From: a bacterium
GTDB lineage: Bacteria; SZUA-182; DTGQ01; JAFGSM01
Reading direction: 5' to 3'
DNA length: 38,833 bases
Assembly: GCA_049472355.1 (NCBI GenBank)
Contig: JBLIRP010000028.1
Location: 1-38,833, forward strand
Shown here: one piece after another, positions 8,250 to 17,478 of the stretch
How the letters are laid out: every line of letters starts with the position of its first letter
How positions within the stretch are numbered: position 1 is the stretch's first letter
Position numbers and translations under genes: made by a program
The notes under the pieces: generated by a model
Seen by the model: only the letters and a program-made list of their open reading frames with translations
Told to the model about the DNA's origin: nothing
Databases searched by the model: none

Positions 8250-10166
8250 ATGATCAGGAAGTCGGAGGAAAAGGTTCAAGGAAAGGATGCGGAAATCTAC
8301 TACCCTTCACAAAGGGTTATCGATGAGGCGCATCTCAAGGAGTATGATTCCCTCTACAGGGAGTCGATAGAGGACCGAGCGGGATTTTGGGACAGGGAGG
8401 CAGGGCAGCTCTCCTGGTTCAAGAGATGGGAAACAGTGCTTGATGACAGCAACAAGCCCTTCTACAAGTGGTTTTCCGGAGGGAAGATAAACATCATTGA
8501 CAACGCCATCGACCGGCATCTGAAAACGTGGCGGAAAAACAAGCTTGCACTGATCTGGGAGGGAGAGCCCGGGGAAATCCGCGCCTATTCCTACTACGAG
8601 CTCAACCGGCAGGTCTCGAAATTCGCGAACGTCCTGAAGAGCATGGGGGTAAAAAAAGGGGATATCGTCACCATCTACATGCCGCAGATCCCGGAGTTGG
8701 TCATCGCCATGCTGGCCTGCGCAAAGATTGGTGCGGTCCACAGCGTGGTATACGGCGGCTTCAGCGTGGAAGCCCTTGCGGAACGTATCGAAGACGCCCA
8801 CAGTCGTGTACTGGTGACCGCGGACGGCGGATGGCGACGGGGAAAGATCAAGGATCTGAAGGGGGTGGTGAATGAAGCGATCACCCGCTCCCCCACCATC
8901 GAGGTGTGCATCACGGTCAAGCGCACCGGCCATGAGGTGTATATGGAGAACGACCGCGATTTCTGGTACCACGACCTCATGGGATTGCCCATTGCCAGTC
9001 CGTCGTGCGAGACCGAGATCACGGATTCCGAGGATATGCTGTTCGTCTTGTATACGTCGGGTACAACAGGGCGGCCCAAGGGGGTGGTGCACACCCACGG
9101 CGGCTATTCCGTGTACACCGCAACCACCCACCGCTACGTCTTCGACATCAAGGATGACGATCGGTGGTGGTGCGCAGCCGATCCCGGCTGGATAACCGGG
9201 CATAGCTATATCGTGTATGCCCCGCTGATCAATGGAGCAACCGTTATCATGTACGAGGGCGCCCCCAACCACCCCTACCCGAATCGTTGGTGGAACATGA
9301 TCGAGCGGCACGGCGTAACGATCCTCTACACATCTCCGACTGCAATTCGGGGGCTGATGCGGTTCGGAGACCAGTGGGCCAAGCGGCATGATCTATCCAG
9401 CCTGCGCCTGCTCGGCTCGGTCGGAGAGCCCATCAATCCTGAGGCATGGCGTTGGTACTACACGGTCATCGGGAATAAATCCTGTCCCATTATGGATACC
9501 TGGTGGCAGACGGAAACAGGGGGATTCGTCATCACGCCGTTGCCCGTTTCACCGCTGAAGCCCGGTTCGGTATTCAAGCCCTTTTTCGGAAACGAGGTGG
9601 GGGTGGTCGATGAAAAAGGAGAGGAGGTGGGAGCCGGGGAGGAGGGATACCTGGTGATAAAGTCCCCGTGGCCCGGCATGGCGCGCACCATATACCGGGA
9701 CCCCGACCGGTTTGTCGAGTTGTACTGGAAGAACTTCGAGAAATACGGCTGGTACAAGACAGGGGATTCCGCGCGGATCGATAAAGACGGATACGTGTGG
9801 GTCATTGCCCGTGTCGACGAGGTGATCAAGGTGAGCGGCTACCGCCTGGGCACCGCCGAGGTGGAAAGCGCCCTGGTCAGCCATGCGGATGTTTCGGAGG
9901 CGGCGGCGATCGCCCTGCCTCACGAGCTGAAGGGGAATGCGATTCATGCCTATGTCATCCTCAGGGCAGGGGTATCCGGCAGTAAGGAATTGGTTGAAAC
10001 ATTGAAGGAACACGTTGCCCATGAAATGGGCCCCATCGCCCGTCCCGAAACGATTGAATTCGTTGATTCGCTTCCCAAGACACGGAGCGGGAAGATCATG
10101 CGGCGCGTATTGAAGGCGCGGGCCCTCGGCATCGATCCCGGGGATTTGACCACCCTTGATGAGTAG
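8250..10166 (+). CDS. acs: Acetyl-CoA synthetase (acetate--CoA ligase)
   Basis: Motifs YTSGTTGRPKG, ADPGWITGHSY, SVGEPINPEAW, DTWWQTETGG and LPKTRSGKIMRR. GGAGG SD at 8240-8244. Confidence 0.96.
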   Translation: MIRKSEEKVQGKDAEIYYPSQRVIDEAHLKEYDSLYRESIEDRAGFWDREAGQLSWFKRWETVLDDSNKPFYKWFSGGKINIIDNAIDRHLKTWRKNKLALIWEGEPGEIRAYSYYELNRQVSKFANVLKSMGVKKGDIVTIYMPQIPELVIAMLACAKIGAVHSVVYGGFSVEALAERIEDAHSRVLVTADGGWRRGKIKDLKGVVNEAITRSPTIEVCITVKRTGHEVYMENDRDFWYHDLMGLPIASPSCETEITDSEDMLFVLYTSGTTGRPKGVVHTHGGYSVYTATTHRYVFDIKDDDRWWCAADPGWITGHSYIVYAPLINGATVIMYEGAPNHPYPNRWWNMIERHGVTILYTSPTAIRGLMRFGDQWAKRHDLSSLRLLGSVGEPINPEAWRWYYTVIGNKSCPIMDTWWQTETGGFVITPLPVSPLKPGSVFKPFFGNEVGVVDEKGEEVGAGEEGYLVIKSPWPGMARTIYRDPDRFVELYWKNFEKYGWYKTGDSARIDKDGYVWVIARVDEVIKVSGYRLGTAEVESALVSHADVSEAAAIALPHELKGNAIHAYVILRAGVSGSKELVETLKEHVAHEMGPIARPETIEFVDSLPKTRSGKIMRRVLKARALGIDPGDLTTLDE

Positions 10167-10408
10167 CATCATCAGGTCGATGCATGAGTCACGGCAACCC
10201 CTTTCAACGGGTGCCGGTAGTTCCGCGGGGTGTGCATGGCTTGTCTGTGGCGATGGGGTGGTTTATAATGATAGTCTTTACGCTGGTACATTCGCCGGCC
10301 GTTGCTGGTATACCAATTGCAGTGGTGCTATTGTTGTACGATCAATGAATTGATATTGTACGCACATCTTGCATGGGTGTGCGGTGAACGAGCCTCATCC
10401 CGGCCATT

Positions 10409-11158
10409 ATGACGCCTATAAAGAAAGCCTTGCTACTATCGTTGGGTCTCCATCTGGTCGGTCTTGCGGGGGGTGGTATTGTCTTAAAAAGAACCAGGCT
10501 CAAGGAAAAAAAGGTCTTTTATCCCATACGCCTGGTGGAGATGGCCGAATCCTCCCCGAGACCCGTGGTGTCTCCGCCCGTGCAAAAAGAGAAACCGAAG
10601 CCCCTGCCTCCGAAGCCGCCCGAGCCGGTTGTCAAGAAGCCGGAGCCCAAGAAACCCCCGGAGCCGAAAAAGGGGATACCTTTAAAGAAGGCGGAGAAAA
10701 AGGAAGAGAAAAAGCCTGCCCCTCAAAAGAAGCCGGTCGAGGAGGAAAGGCCCGATCAAAAGGAGAACGAAAAAAAGGTAAGCGATGCGATCGAGGAGAT
10801 AAAGAAGGCGCTGGCCGCCAGACAGGAGCCGAAGGTTGCCGAGGTGTCTCCGAGGTTTATCGAGCGGCAGCTTCAGTTGTACGCAGCCGATATCGATCGC
10901 AGGATAAAGGAGAACTGGTCGATCCCGAAGACGTTTTCCAATGACATGGGCGATCTTGATGCGATCGTGGTGATCCGATTGAAACCGAATGGCGAATTAT
11001 CCGATGTGCGGCTTGAAAAACGCTCGGGGTTTCATCCGTTCGATGAATCGACACTGCGGGCGATCAAGAAGGCTGCCCCTTTTCCGCCTCCACCGGTGGG
11101 GGTGAAGGAGCAAGAGCTTGAATTCGAGATCAGGTTTTATTCCGACCAAATGGGATGA
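10409..11158 (+). CDS. tolA: TolA/TonB family energy transducer
   Basis: N-terminal TM with SLGLH, a Pro/Lys/Glu-rich linker and a TonB_C-like C-terminus (SGFHPFDESTLRAIKKAAPFP). Lies directly upstream of tolB. Confidence 0.8.
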   Translation: MTPIKKALLLSLGLHLVGLAGGGIVLKRTRLKEKKVFYPIRLVEMAESSPRPVVSPPVQKEKPKPLPPKPPEPVVKKPEPKKPPEPKKGIPLKKAEKKEEKKPAPQKKPVEEERPDQKENEKKVSDAIEEIKKALAARQEPKVAEVSPRFIERQLQLYAADIDRRIKENWSIPKTFSNDMGDLDAIVVIRLKPNGELSDVRLEKRSGFHPFDESTLRAIKKAAPFPPPPVGVKEQELEFEIRFYSDQMG

Positions 11159-11215
11159 AAGCGCGCTTTCAGGAAGGTATCACTGTCGGCGGTTTGTCCG
11201 ATTTGCTAGTGTGAG

Positions 11216-12541
11216 ATGCTGAAAAGAATCTTTTATACTGGAAAAATTTTCTACATATCCGTCATCATGCTCGTGGTATGCCTGTCTTCGTATGCGCAGG
11301 CGCGCATCAGGATCGATATCTACGGCCCCGAACTGGTCCCGTTTCCCATTGCCGTGGCCCCCTTTACGTATACGGATGGGGCATCCCAGTTCCTTGCAGA
11401 CCAGATTCGTTCGATCATGGTCAATGATCTGGAGATCTCCGGTTTTTTTGAGGTGAGCGGACCTGATTCATTCCCGCCGGGGGCGATGGAATCCTTGAAG
11501 AACCCGGACCAGATTGACCTCTCGCCGTGGCATATGCACACGAGCGAGGCACTCGTTACCGGAGGGGTGACCGTGACCGGTGATAAACTGGAGGCATTTT
11601 TCCGGCTTTTCGATCTGGTCGAGCAATCCTTTGTAACGGGGCTCAAATATGCCGCCCCCCAGGAAGAGATGAGGGACATTGCCCACCGCATCGCCGATGA
11701 GATTACCTTCCATCTCACCGGCCAGGTCGGGGTCGCCCATACCAAGATTGCCTTTGTGACCAACCGTAACAAAATCAAGGAAATCTACACTATCGATTTT
11801 GATGGCAAGGGATTGACCATGCTGACCAGGCATGAATCCATATGCCTTTCCCCTGCGTGGTCCACTGACGGCAAACAGATTGCATATACCTGTTTTCGGC
11901 GAAGAAATCCGGATTTGTATATCCATCACCGGGCAACAAAGGGCTTCAGAATCCTTTCGTCCAGGGCAGGGGTGAACGGTGCACCCGCATGGTCGCCGGA
12001 CGGGGCAAAGATCGCCCTCATGATGCGAAGGGATGACAGGACCGGCATTGCCGTAATCGATACGACAAGAGGTGATAATCCCATATTCCTGACCACCAGG
12101 GGAGGAAACGAGTCATCCCCCACCTGGTCGCCGGACGGGCAAATGCTCGCCTTTGTTTCGGATCGTTCGGGATCTCCCCAGATCTATACGATTCACGCGA
12201 ATGGAAGGGATCTCACCCGAATCACCTTTCAAGGGGCCTATAATGCGTCGCCCGCATGGTCCCCTCTGGGTGACCGGATTGCCTTTTGCGGTATGATGAA
12301 TGGTCGGTTCGACATTTACACCTGTAAACCAGACGGCAAGGATGTCAAACGACTGACGCGGGACGCAGGCAATAATGAAGACCCCGTATGGTCCCCGGAT
12401 GGGCGTTTCATCGCCTTCAGTTCCGACCGGACAGGGACCGTCCACATATATTGCATGAATGCCAATGGGGCGAATATACGGCAGCTCACACAATCAGGAT
12501 ATGAGGAAACGGAACCTGCATGGTCTCCCTATTTCTTGTGA
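11216..12541 (+). CDS. tolB: Tol-Pal beta-propeller protein TolB
   Basis: Signal peptide, AHRIADEI, TKIAFV and repeated P(A/T)WSPDG PD40 repeats. Confidence 0.95.
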   Translation: MLKRIFYTGKIFYISVIMLVVCLSSYAQARIRIDIYGPELVPFPIAVAPFTYTDGASQFLADQIRSIMVNDLEISGFFEVSGPDSFPPGAMESLKNPDQIDLSPWHMHTSEALVTGGVTVTGDKLEAFFRLFDLVEQSFVTGLKYAAPQEEMRDIAHRIADEITFHLTGQVGVAHTKIAFVTNRNKIKEIYTIDFDGKGLTMLTRHESICLSPAWSTDGKQIAYTCFRRRNPDLYIHHRATKGFRILSSRAGVNGAPAWSPDGAKIALMMRRDDRTGIAVIDTTRGDNPIFLTTRGGNESSPTWSPDGQMLAFVSDRSGSPQIYTIHANGRDLTRITFQGAYNASPAWSPLGDRIAFCGMMNGRFDIYTCKPDGKDVKRLTRDAGNNEDPVWSPDGRFIAFSSDRTGTVHIYCMNANGANIRQLTQSGYEETEPAWSPYFL

Positions 12542-12627
12542 GCATGGGAAAAGGGCCGGATACCGCTCCATGCATCGTTCAACCGTGAATCGGGTTCGAC
12601 CCGAGAGGAGAGAGAGGAGGGTTTGCG

Positions 12628-13218
12628 ATGTTGTGTTGCAGAAGAAATGTACCATGGGGTATCGTCGTAGTCGGCATTGGTCTCCTGTTGCTGGGGGGAT
12701 GCGCCCGCCCTGTTCAACAGAGGGCTGCACGCCCATTGCCCCCTGTCGAGTCACTCGAAGGGGAGACGGTGAAACGGCCGGAGGAAAAGGCGGCCCCTCC
12801 CTCAAAGATCGATGTGAAAAAGCTCGATTCGACGATAACCAAGAAGACCTATCCCGGTATCGAGGGTGAAGTCTATGAAACGCCGATGTTCAAGGACTGC
12901 CATTTTGAATTCGATCGTTACGATCTCACCCCGGAGGCGCGAAGGGTCGTTGCGGAGAACGCGCTTATCATGAAAGGCATGCCGAATGCCAGGTACCAGG
13001 TGGAAGGGCATTGCGACGAACGGGGTACAAAGGAATACAACCTCGCCCTGGGAGAGAGAAGGGCGCAGAGTGTCAAGAACTACCTCCTTTCCCTGGGTAT
13101 CCCGGATAAAAATATCTCCACGATCAGCTACGGCGAAGAAATACCCGTGGACCCGCGCAGCAACGAGGAGGCCTGGGCAAAAAACAGGAGGGCGCATTTC
13201 GTCATTCTTTCCCGGTAA
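12628..13218 (+). CDS. pal: Peptidoglycan-associated lipoprotein
   Basis: Lipobox LLGGC and OmpA-like domain EGHCDERGTKEYNLALGERRA...SYGEE...WAKNRRA. Confidence 0.95.
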   Translation: MLCCRRNVPWGIVVVGIGLLLLGGCARPVQQRAARPLPPVESLEGETVKRPEEKAAPPSKIDVKKLDSTITKKTYPGIEGEVYETPMFKDCHFEFDRYDLTPEARRVVAENALIMKGMPNARYQVEGHCDERGTKEYNLALGERRAQSVKNYLLSLGIPDKNISTISYGEEIPVDPRSNEEAWAKNRRAHFVILSR

Positions 13219-13314
13219 CGGCATGGCAGGAAACATCGGTGAGCGGTGTCGGCATTGCGGCGGCATCGTGATTCCTTATAATGCAGGGCGGATAACACGA
13301 GGGACGATACCGGT

Positions 13315-14151
13315 ATGATTATATCAACATTTTATCCCGTAAGGGTCCTGGCGTTGATGTGTGCGGCCATGGTCCTTTTTGTATGCGGGTGCGCAACGAC
13401 GCAGGACATAATGCTTGCCAATGAAAGGATCTTCACCCATCGAGACAGGCTGGAGAATGTGGAGAAGGGGGTGAAGGAGCTTCGGGAGAAGGATGCACAG
13501 CATGATGAGGCGCTCCAGGAGATCCGAAAACGGCTTGCCGATCTCAGCAATCAGGTGCGTCATGAGCACGAGCAGGTGTTGATGGTGGATGCACGGATCG
13601 AGGAGTACAAGCAGCTTTCGGATCGATCCTCACAGGACACCGAGCGCAAGGTCGAGGAGGCAGCGATAAAACTCGACCGGCTTTCAGGGACGGTGGAGAA
13701 ACTATCCAAGGAGGTGAAGGCAATTCAGGAATCGCAGGCCGGTACGATCCCTCAACTTGGCGCCGACATAGAGGGCCTGGATGAGGAGTCCTTTTATAAC
13801 CGGGCGTACGAGACATTTATGCGGGGGGAGTTTGAGGCGGCGCAGGCTCTCTTAAACGGCTTCCTTGCAAGGTATCCCCGGGGGAAATTTTCCGATAATG
13901 CCCGTTTCTGGATCGGAGAAAGCCTTTATCGGAGGAACCGGTTCGAGGAGGCGATCCTGGAGTATGAAAAGGTTAAAAAGGATTTCCCTTCAGGGGATAA
14001 GGTTCCTGCAGCCCTGCTGAAACAGGCCCTCTCCTTCCTGAAATTGGACAGGAAGGAGGAGGCGACCATCCTTCTCAAGGACCTGATTCGGCACTACCCC
14101 CAATCGGAGCAGGCCGGCATGGCCAAGGAGCAACTGGAAAAATTAAAATAA
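13315..14151 (+). CDS. cpoB: Tol-Pal associated coiled-coil/TPR protein CpoB (YbgF)
   Basis: Lipobox-like VCGC, coiled coil, and TPRs (NARFWIGES, KVPAALLKQA, YPQSEQA). Follows pal. Confidence 0.9.
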   Translation: MIISTFYPVRVLALMCAAMVLFVCGCATTQDIMLANERIFTHRDRLENVEKGVKELREKDAQHDEALQEIRKRLADLSNQVRHEHEQVLMVDARIEEYKQLSDRSSQDTERKVEEAAIKLDRLSGTVEKLSKEVKAIQESQAGTIPQLGADIEGLDEESFYNRAYETFMRGEFEAAQALLNGFLARYPRGKFSDNARFWIGESLYRRNRFEEAILEYEKVKKDFPSGDKVPAALLKQALSFLKLDRKEEATILLKDLIRHYPQSEQAGMAKEQLEKLK

Positions 14152-14240
14152 ATTCTTGTCTTCTTCATGGTTCGCTGCCGCCCGAAAGGACGAAGGCGTG
14201 ATGACACCTGTTCGAATCATCGTGAAAATGGAGAGCACGT

Positions 14241-14804
14241 ATGTATGAAACGTCGGACATAAGGAAGAATTTGAAGATACAACTGGACGGGGACCCCTAT
14301 ATCGTGATCGATTTTCAATTCGTCAAGCCGGGAAAGGGCGTTGCCTTTACCCGCACCAGGCTCAAGAACATGATTACCGGCAATGTCCTTGACAAGACCT
14401 TCCGATCGGGGGAAAAGATCGAGCCTGCCGCACTCGAGTCTCATTCCGTCCAGTTTCTCTACAGCATGGACAATCGCTACCACTTCATGAATACGGAAAC
14501 CTATGAACAGATCGAGCTCGACGAGGCCCAGGTGGGCGATGCAAAGGATTATCTGGTTGAAAACCTCGAGGTGGAGGTCCTCTTTTTCAAGGCACAGGCA
14601 ATCGGCATGAATCTCCCCAATTTCGTCGAGATGCAGGTTGCGGAGACGGAGCCGGGGGTAAAGGGCGACACCGCCTCCGGAGGCAGCAAACCCGCCATCA
14701 TGAATACCGGCGCAAAGATCCAGGTTCCTTTCTTCATCAATGAAGGGGACTGGCTCCTGGTGGATACCCGGACTGGCGCCTATGTCGAACGGGTCAAAAA
14801 GTGA
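14241..14804 (+). CDS. efp: Elongation factor P
   Basis: VKPGKG loop with the modifiable Lys, PGVKGDTASGG, VPFFI and DTRTGAYVER. Confidence 0.97.
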   Translation: MYETSDIRKNLKIQLDGDPYIVIDFQFVKPGKGVAFTRTRLKNMITGNVLDKTFRSGEKIEPAALESHSVQFLYSMDNRYHFMNTETYEQIELDEAQVGDAKDYLVENLEVEVLFFKAQAIGMNLPNFVEMQVAETEPGVKGDTASGGSKPAIMNTGAKIQVPFFINEGDWLLVDTRTGAYVERVKK

Positions 14805-15751
14805 CCCTGGAAAACAGCGCCCCATGCACACCTATTCCTCAACACGACCACGCCACCCTGCTCACAACCCTCCTTTCGAGAGACCGGATCTATCGGGGAA
14901 TCCGGCATTTTTTCCATAGCCGCGGCTATGTGGAGGTCGAAACGCCCCTCCTGGTCCCCTGTCCCGGCATAGACCCGCACATCGATGCCATCCCGGCGGA
15001 GGGGGACCTGTACCTTGCCACCTCCCCGGAACTCCACATGAAAAGGCTGGTGGGCATGGGAATGCCAAGGATCTTCCAGATCACCAGGGCCTTCAGAAGG
15101 GGAGAGCAGGGCGGGCTGCATAATCCTGAATTCAGCATCCTGGAATGGTACCATGCGGGAGAGGATTATCACTATTTGATGACCGAGGTTGAGGACCTGG
15201 TGAGGCATCTGGTTGAGGACCTCGATGCACAGGGTATCAGGGGCATCTGCCTCAAGCCTCCCCCCTTTCCCTGCCTTGCCGTTGACTGGCTCTTCGAGCA
15301 GTATGCGGGATGGACACCCTCCGTGCAATGGGACGAGGATCGCTTCTTTCTGGATCTTGTGGAGAAGGTGGAGCCCCGGCTCAGCGCGGAGCCTGCGGTC
15401 ATCATCCATGACTTTCCTGCGCCCCTTGCCAGCCTTGCACGGTGCAAGCCCGATGCACCCCACCTGTGCGAGAGGTTTGAGCTGTACATGAACGGCCTGG
15501 AGATTGCCAATGCCTTTTCGGAGCTGACCGATCCACGTGAGCAGCGAGAGCGTTTCCAAGCGGCCCAGGAGAGAAGGAGAGACATGGGAAAGGAGGTCTA
15601 TCCGATCGACCGGAAATTCCTTCTTCTCCTCGAACAGGGACTTCTGCCCCCCTGCTGCGGCATCGCCCTCGGCCTCGACCGGCTGGCCATGGCCCTTGTG
15701 GGTGCACGGGGCATCGAGGAAGTCATGGCATTTCCTGCCTCCCGTCTTTAG
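14801..15751 (+). CDS. epmA: EF-P lysine aminoacylase (GenX/PoxA)
   Basis: Motifs VETPLL, LATSPELHMKRL, HNPEFSILEWY, ERFELY, EIANAFSEL and GIALGLDRL. The GTG start overlaps the efp stop. Confidence 0.93.
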   Translation: MTLENSAPCTPIPQHDHATLLTTLLSRDRIYRGIRHFFHSRGYVEVETPLLVPCPGIDPHIDAIPAEGDLYLATSPELHMKRLVGMGMPRIFQITRAFRRGEQGGLHNPEFSILEWYHAGEDYHYLMTEVEDLVRHLVEDLDAQGIRGICLKPPPFPCLAVDWLFEQYAGWTPSVQWDEDRFFLDLVEKVEPRLSAEPAVIIHDFPAPLASLARCKPDAPHLCERFELYMNGLEIANAFSELTDPREQRERFQAAQERRRDMGKEVYPIDRKFLLLLEQGLLPPCCGIALGLDRLAMALVGARGIEEVMAFPASRL

Positions 15752-16080
15752 CCCCGTGCTAATCCGAAGCCTCGCCGACAGGCTGTAGTGCTCTTCCCCA
15801 GGCGCACCATTGCCCCCCCTTCCACGCCTCTGGAACTATGTCGCGCGGCTAACAATGATTGCAGCACGGAAACCTGGTATTTCATCACTGTATTCAATAG
15901 GTCTCCGCGTACCGGCAGATGTACGTTCCGTGTTTCTCCGGCCTTGTTATGTCAGGTATAATCCTTTGATAAATTTGTTTGACAGGCATGTTCTCCTTTT
16001 CAAAACCGGAATATAGAGGTACAATAAATATGTCTATTGTAAATATATAAAGGATCTACCAGAAACAGGAGGAGATTCCG

Positions 16081-16452
16081 ATGGGGCTGACCGTTTTGCA
16101 AATAGAAGTAGGGAATCCTGCCAATCCCGAGGTCATGGAACAACTGGAATTCCTGATCGATTCCGGAGCTGTTTACTCTGTAGTGCCTGCCTCGATTTTA
16201 GAAAAACTTGGGATCAAGCCTCTAAAGGAACAGGAGTTCCGTTTGGCAGACGGATCAAAGATTGTCCGTAAGAAGGGTGTTGCACTCTTCAAATATGAAG
16301 ATAGAATCGGTGGCGCTGATGTCCTATTCGGCGAAAAAGGAGACAGTGTCCTTTTGGGAACATTCACCCTGGAGGCCCTTGGCTTGGCACTTGATCCGTT
16401 GCGGAGAGAACTGAAGCCCCTCCCCATGATTATTGCATTGACGGGATTATAG
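16081..16452 (+). CDS. Small clan AA (retropepsin-like) aspartyl protease
   Basis: FLIDSGAVYS catalytic motif, FRLADGS flap and LLGTFTLEALGL. Strong AGGAGG SD. Confidence 0.88.
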   Translation: MGLTVLQIEVGNPANPEVMEQLEFLIDSGAVYSVVPASILEKLGIKPLKEQEFRLADGSKIVRKKGVALFKYEDRIGGADVLFGEKGDSVLLGTFTLEALGLALDPLRRELKPLPMIIALTGL

Positions 16453-16956
16453 AAGGAAGTACGAAAAGCATCCAATCTGTACAGATGTTTTTTTATTAGT
16501 TTTCTATCCCCCCTTGCCTTTTTATGAAATTGCCGAGTGTTTTCATTATAGAAAAAAAGCCTGTAATCCATGACGCATGCCTGCGGCTACCACGCTCACC
16601 TGCAAAAGGATCATGGATATAACCCCCTGCAATGATAGAAACATATCAAAGTATTGTGCATTCGGGCAGAATGGGCAGCCCTTCGGCATGGAGGCGAGTA
16701 CAGCGGGGAGCTTCAAAGTCAAGCAAAGAACGTTTATAATAGAAAACCAATCTTATTGATCCGGCACTTCATGTCATCTAATACATCAGGAGGGTTTTGA
16801 CAGTCTTCGTGGGGGTCTATTCAGGCTGCAGAAGAGACAGGGAGGCGGCGAGGGTTGAGGACAGGGAGTTTCAGCGGGATTACGTCATCGGTCGGAACTC
16901 ATCGTAGTATCACCTTCAACCTTCTGGATGGCAAAGAGACGGAGAAAGGGGGATGA

Positions 16957-17478
16957 ATGATCAAAACAGTCGCCAAGGTAATCAAGATCGTCAACTCTGA
17001 AACCGATCCCGCGCAGATCAGTCTCGCCCTGTCCTTATCGATGGTTGCGGGACTGACACCCCTCATGAGCCTCCACAACCTCCTGGTGCTCCTGTTGGTG
17101 CTCGTTCTCAAGGTGAATATCTCCACATTCATCCTGGGGACCGTGGCGTTCTCCGGGATCGCCTTTCTCCTCGACCCCCTGTTCCACCGGATAGGGCTTG
17201 AGGTATTGACGATCCCTGCGCTGGAGAATTTCTGGACCATCCTTTACAATACCACCCTGTTCAGGCTCGAACGGTTCAACAATACGATCCTCATGGGAAG
17301 CCTCCTTGTTGCCGTCATCCTCTTTGTCCCCGTTACCCTTGCGGCAGACATACTGATCATCCGCTACCGGGAGCGTGTGCTCGCATGGGTGGAGAAGACC
17401 AGGATTATGAAGATCTACAAGGCCAGCAAATACTATTCGCTCATCAATTCCTTCTCCGGGAAGGGGGGACGCTCATGA
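16957..17478 (+). CDS. TIGR03546 family membrane protein
   Basis: NSETDPAQI, LDPLFHRIG and RFNNTILMGS. Coupled (ATGA) to the next gene. Confidence 0.82.
   Translation: MIKTVAKVIKIVNSETDPAQISLALSLSMVAGLTPLMSLHNLLVLLLVLVLKVNISTFILGTVAFSGIAFLLDPLFHRIGLEVLTIPALENFWTILYNTTLFRLERFNNTILMGSLLVAVILFVPVTLAADILIIRYRERVLAWVEKTRIMKIYKASKYYSLINSFSGKGGRS

Noticed and set aside
14165..14210. Structured RNA upstream of efp (CC-GAAA-GG)
   Set aside because: Only a short GNRA hairpin, with no match to c-di-GMP or other aptamer cores.
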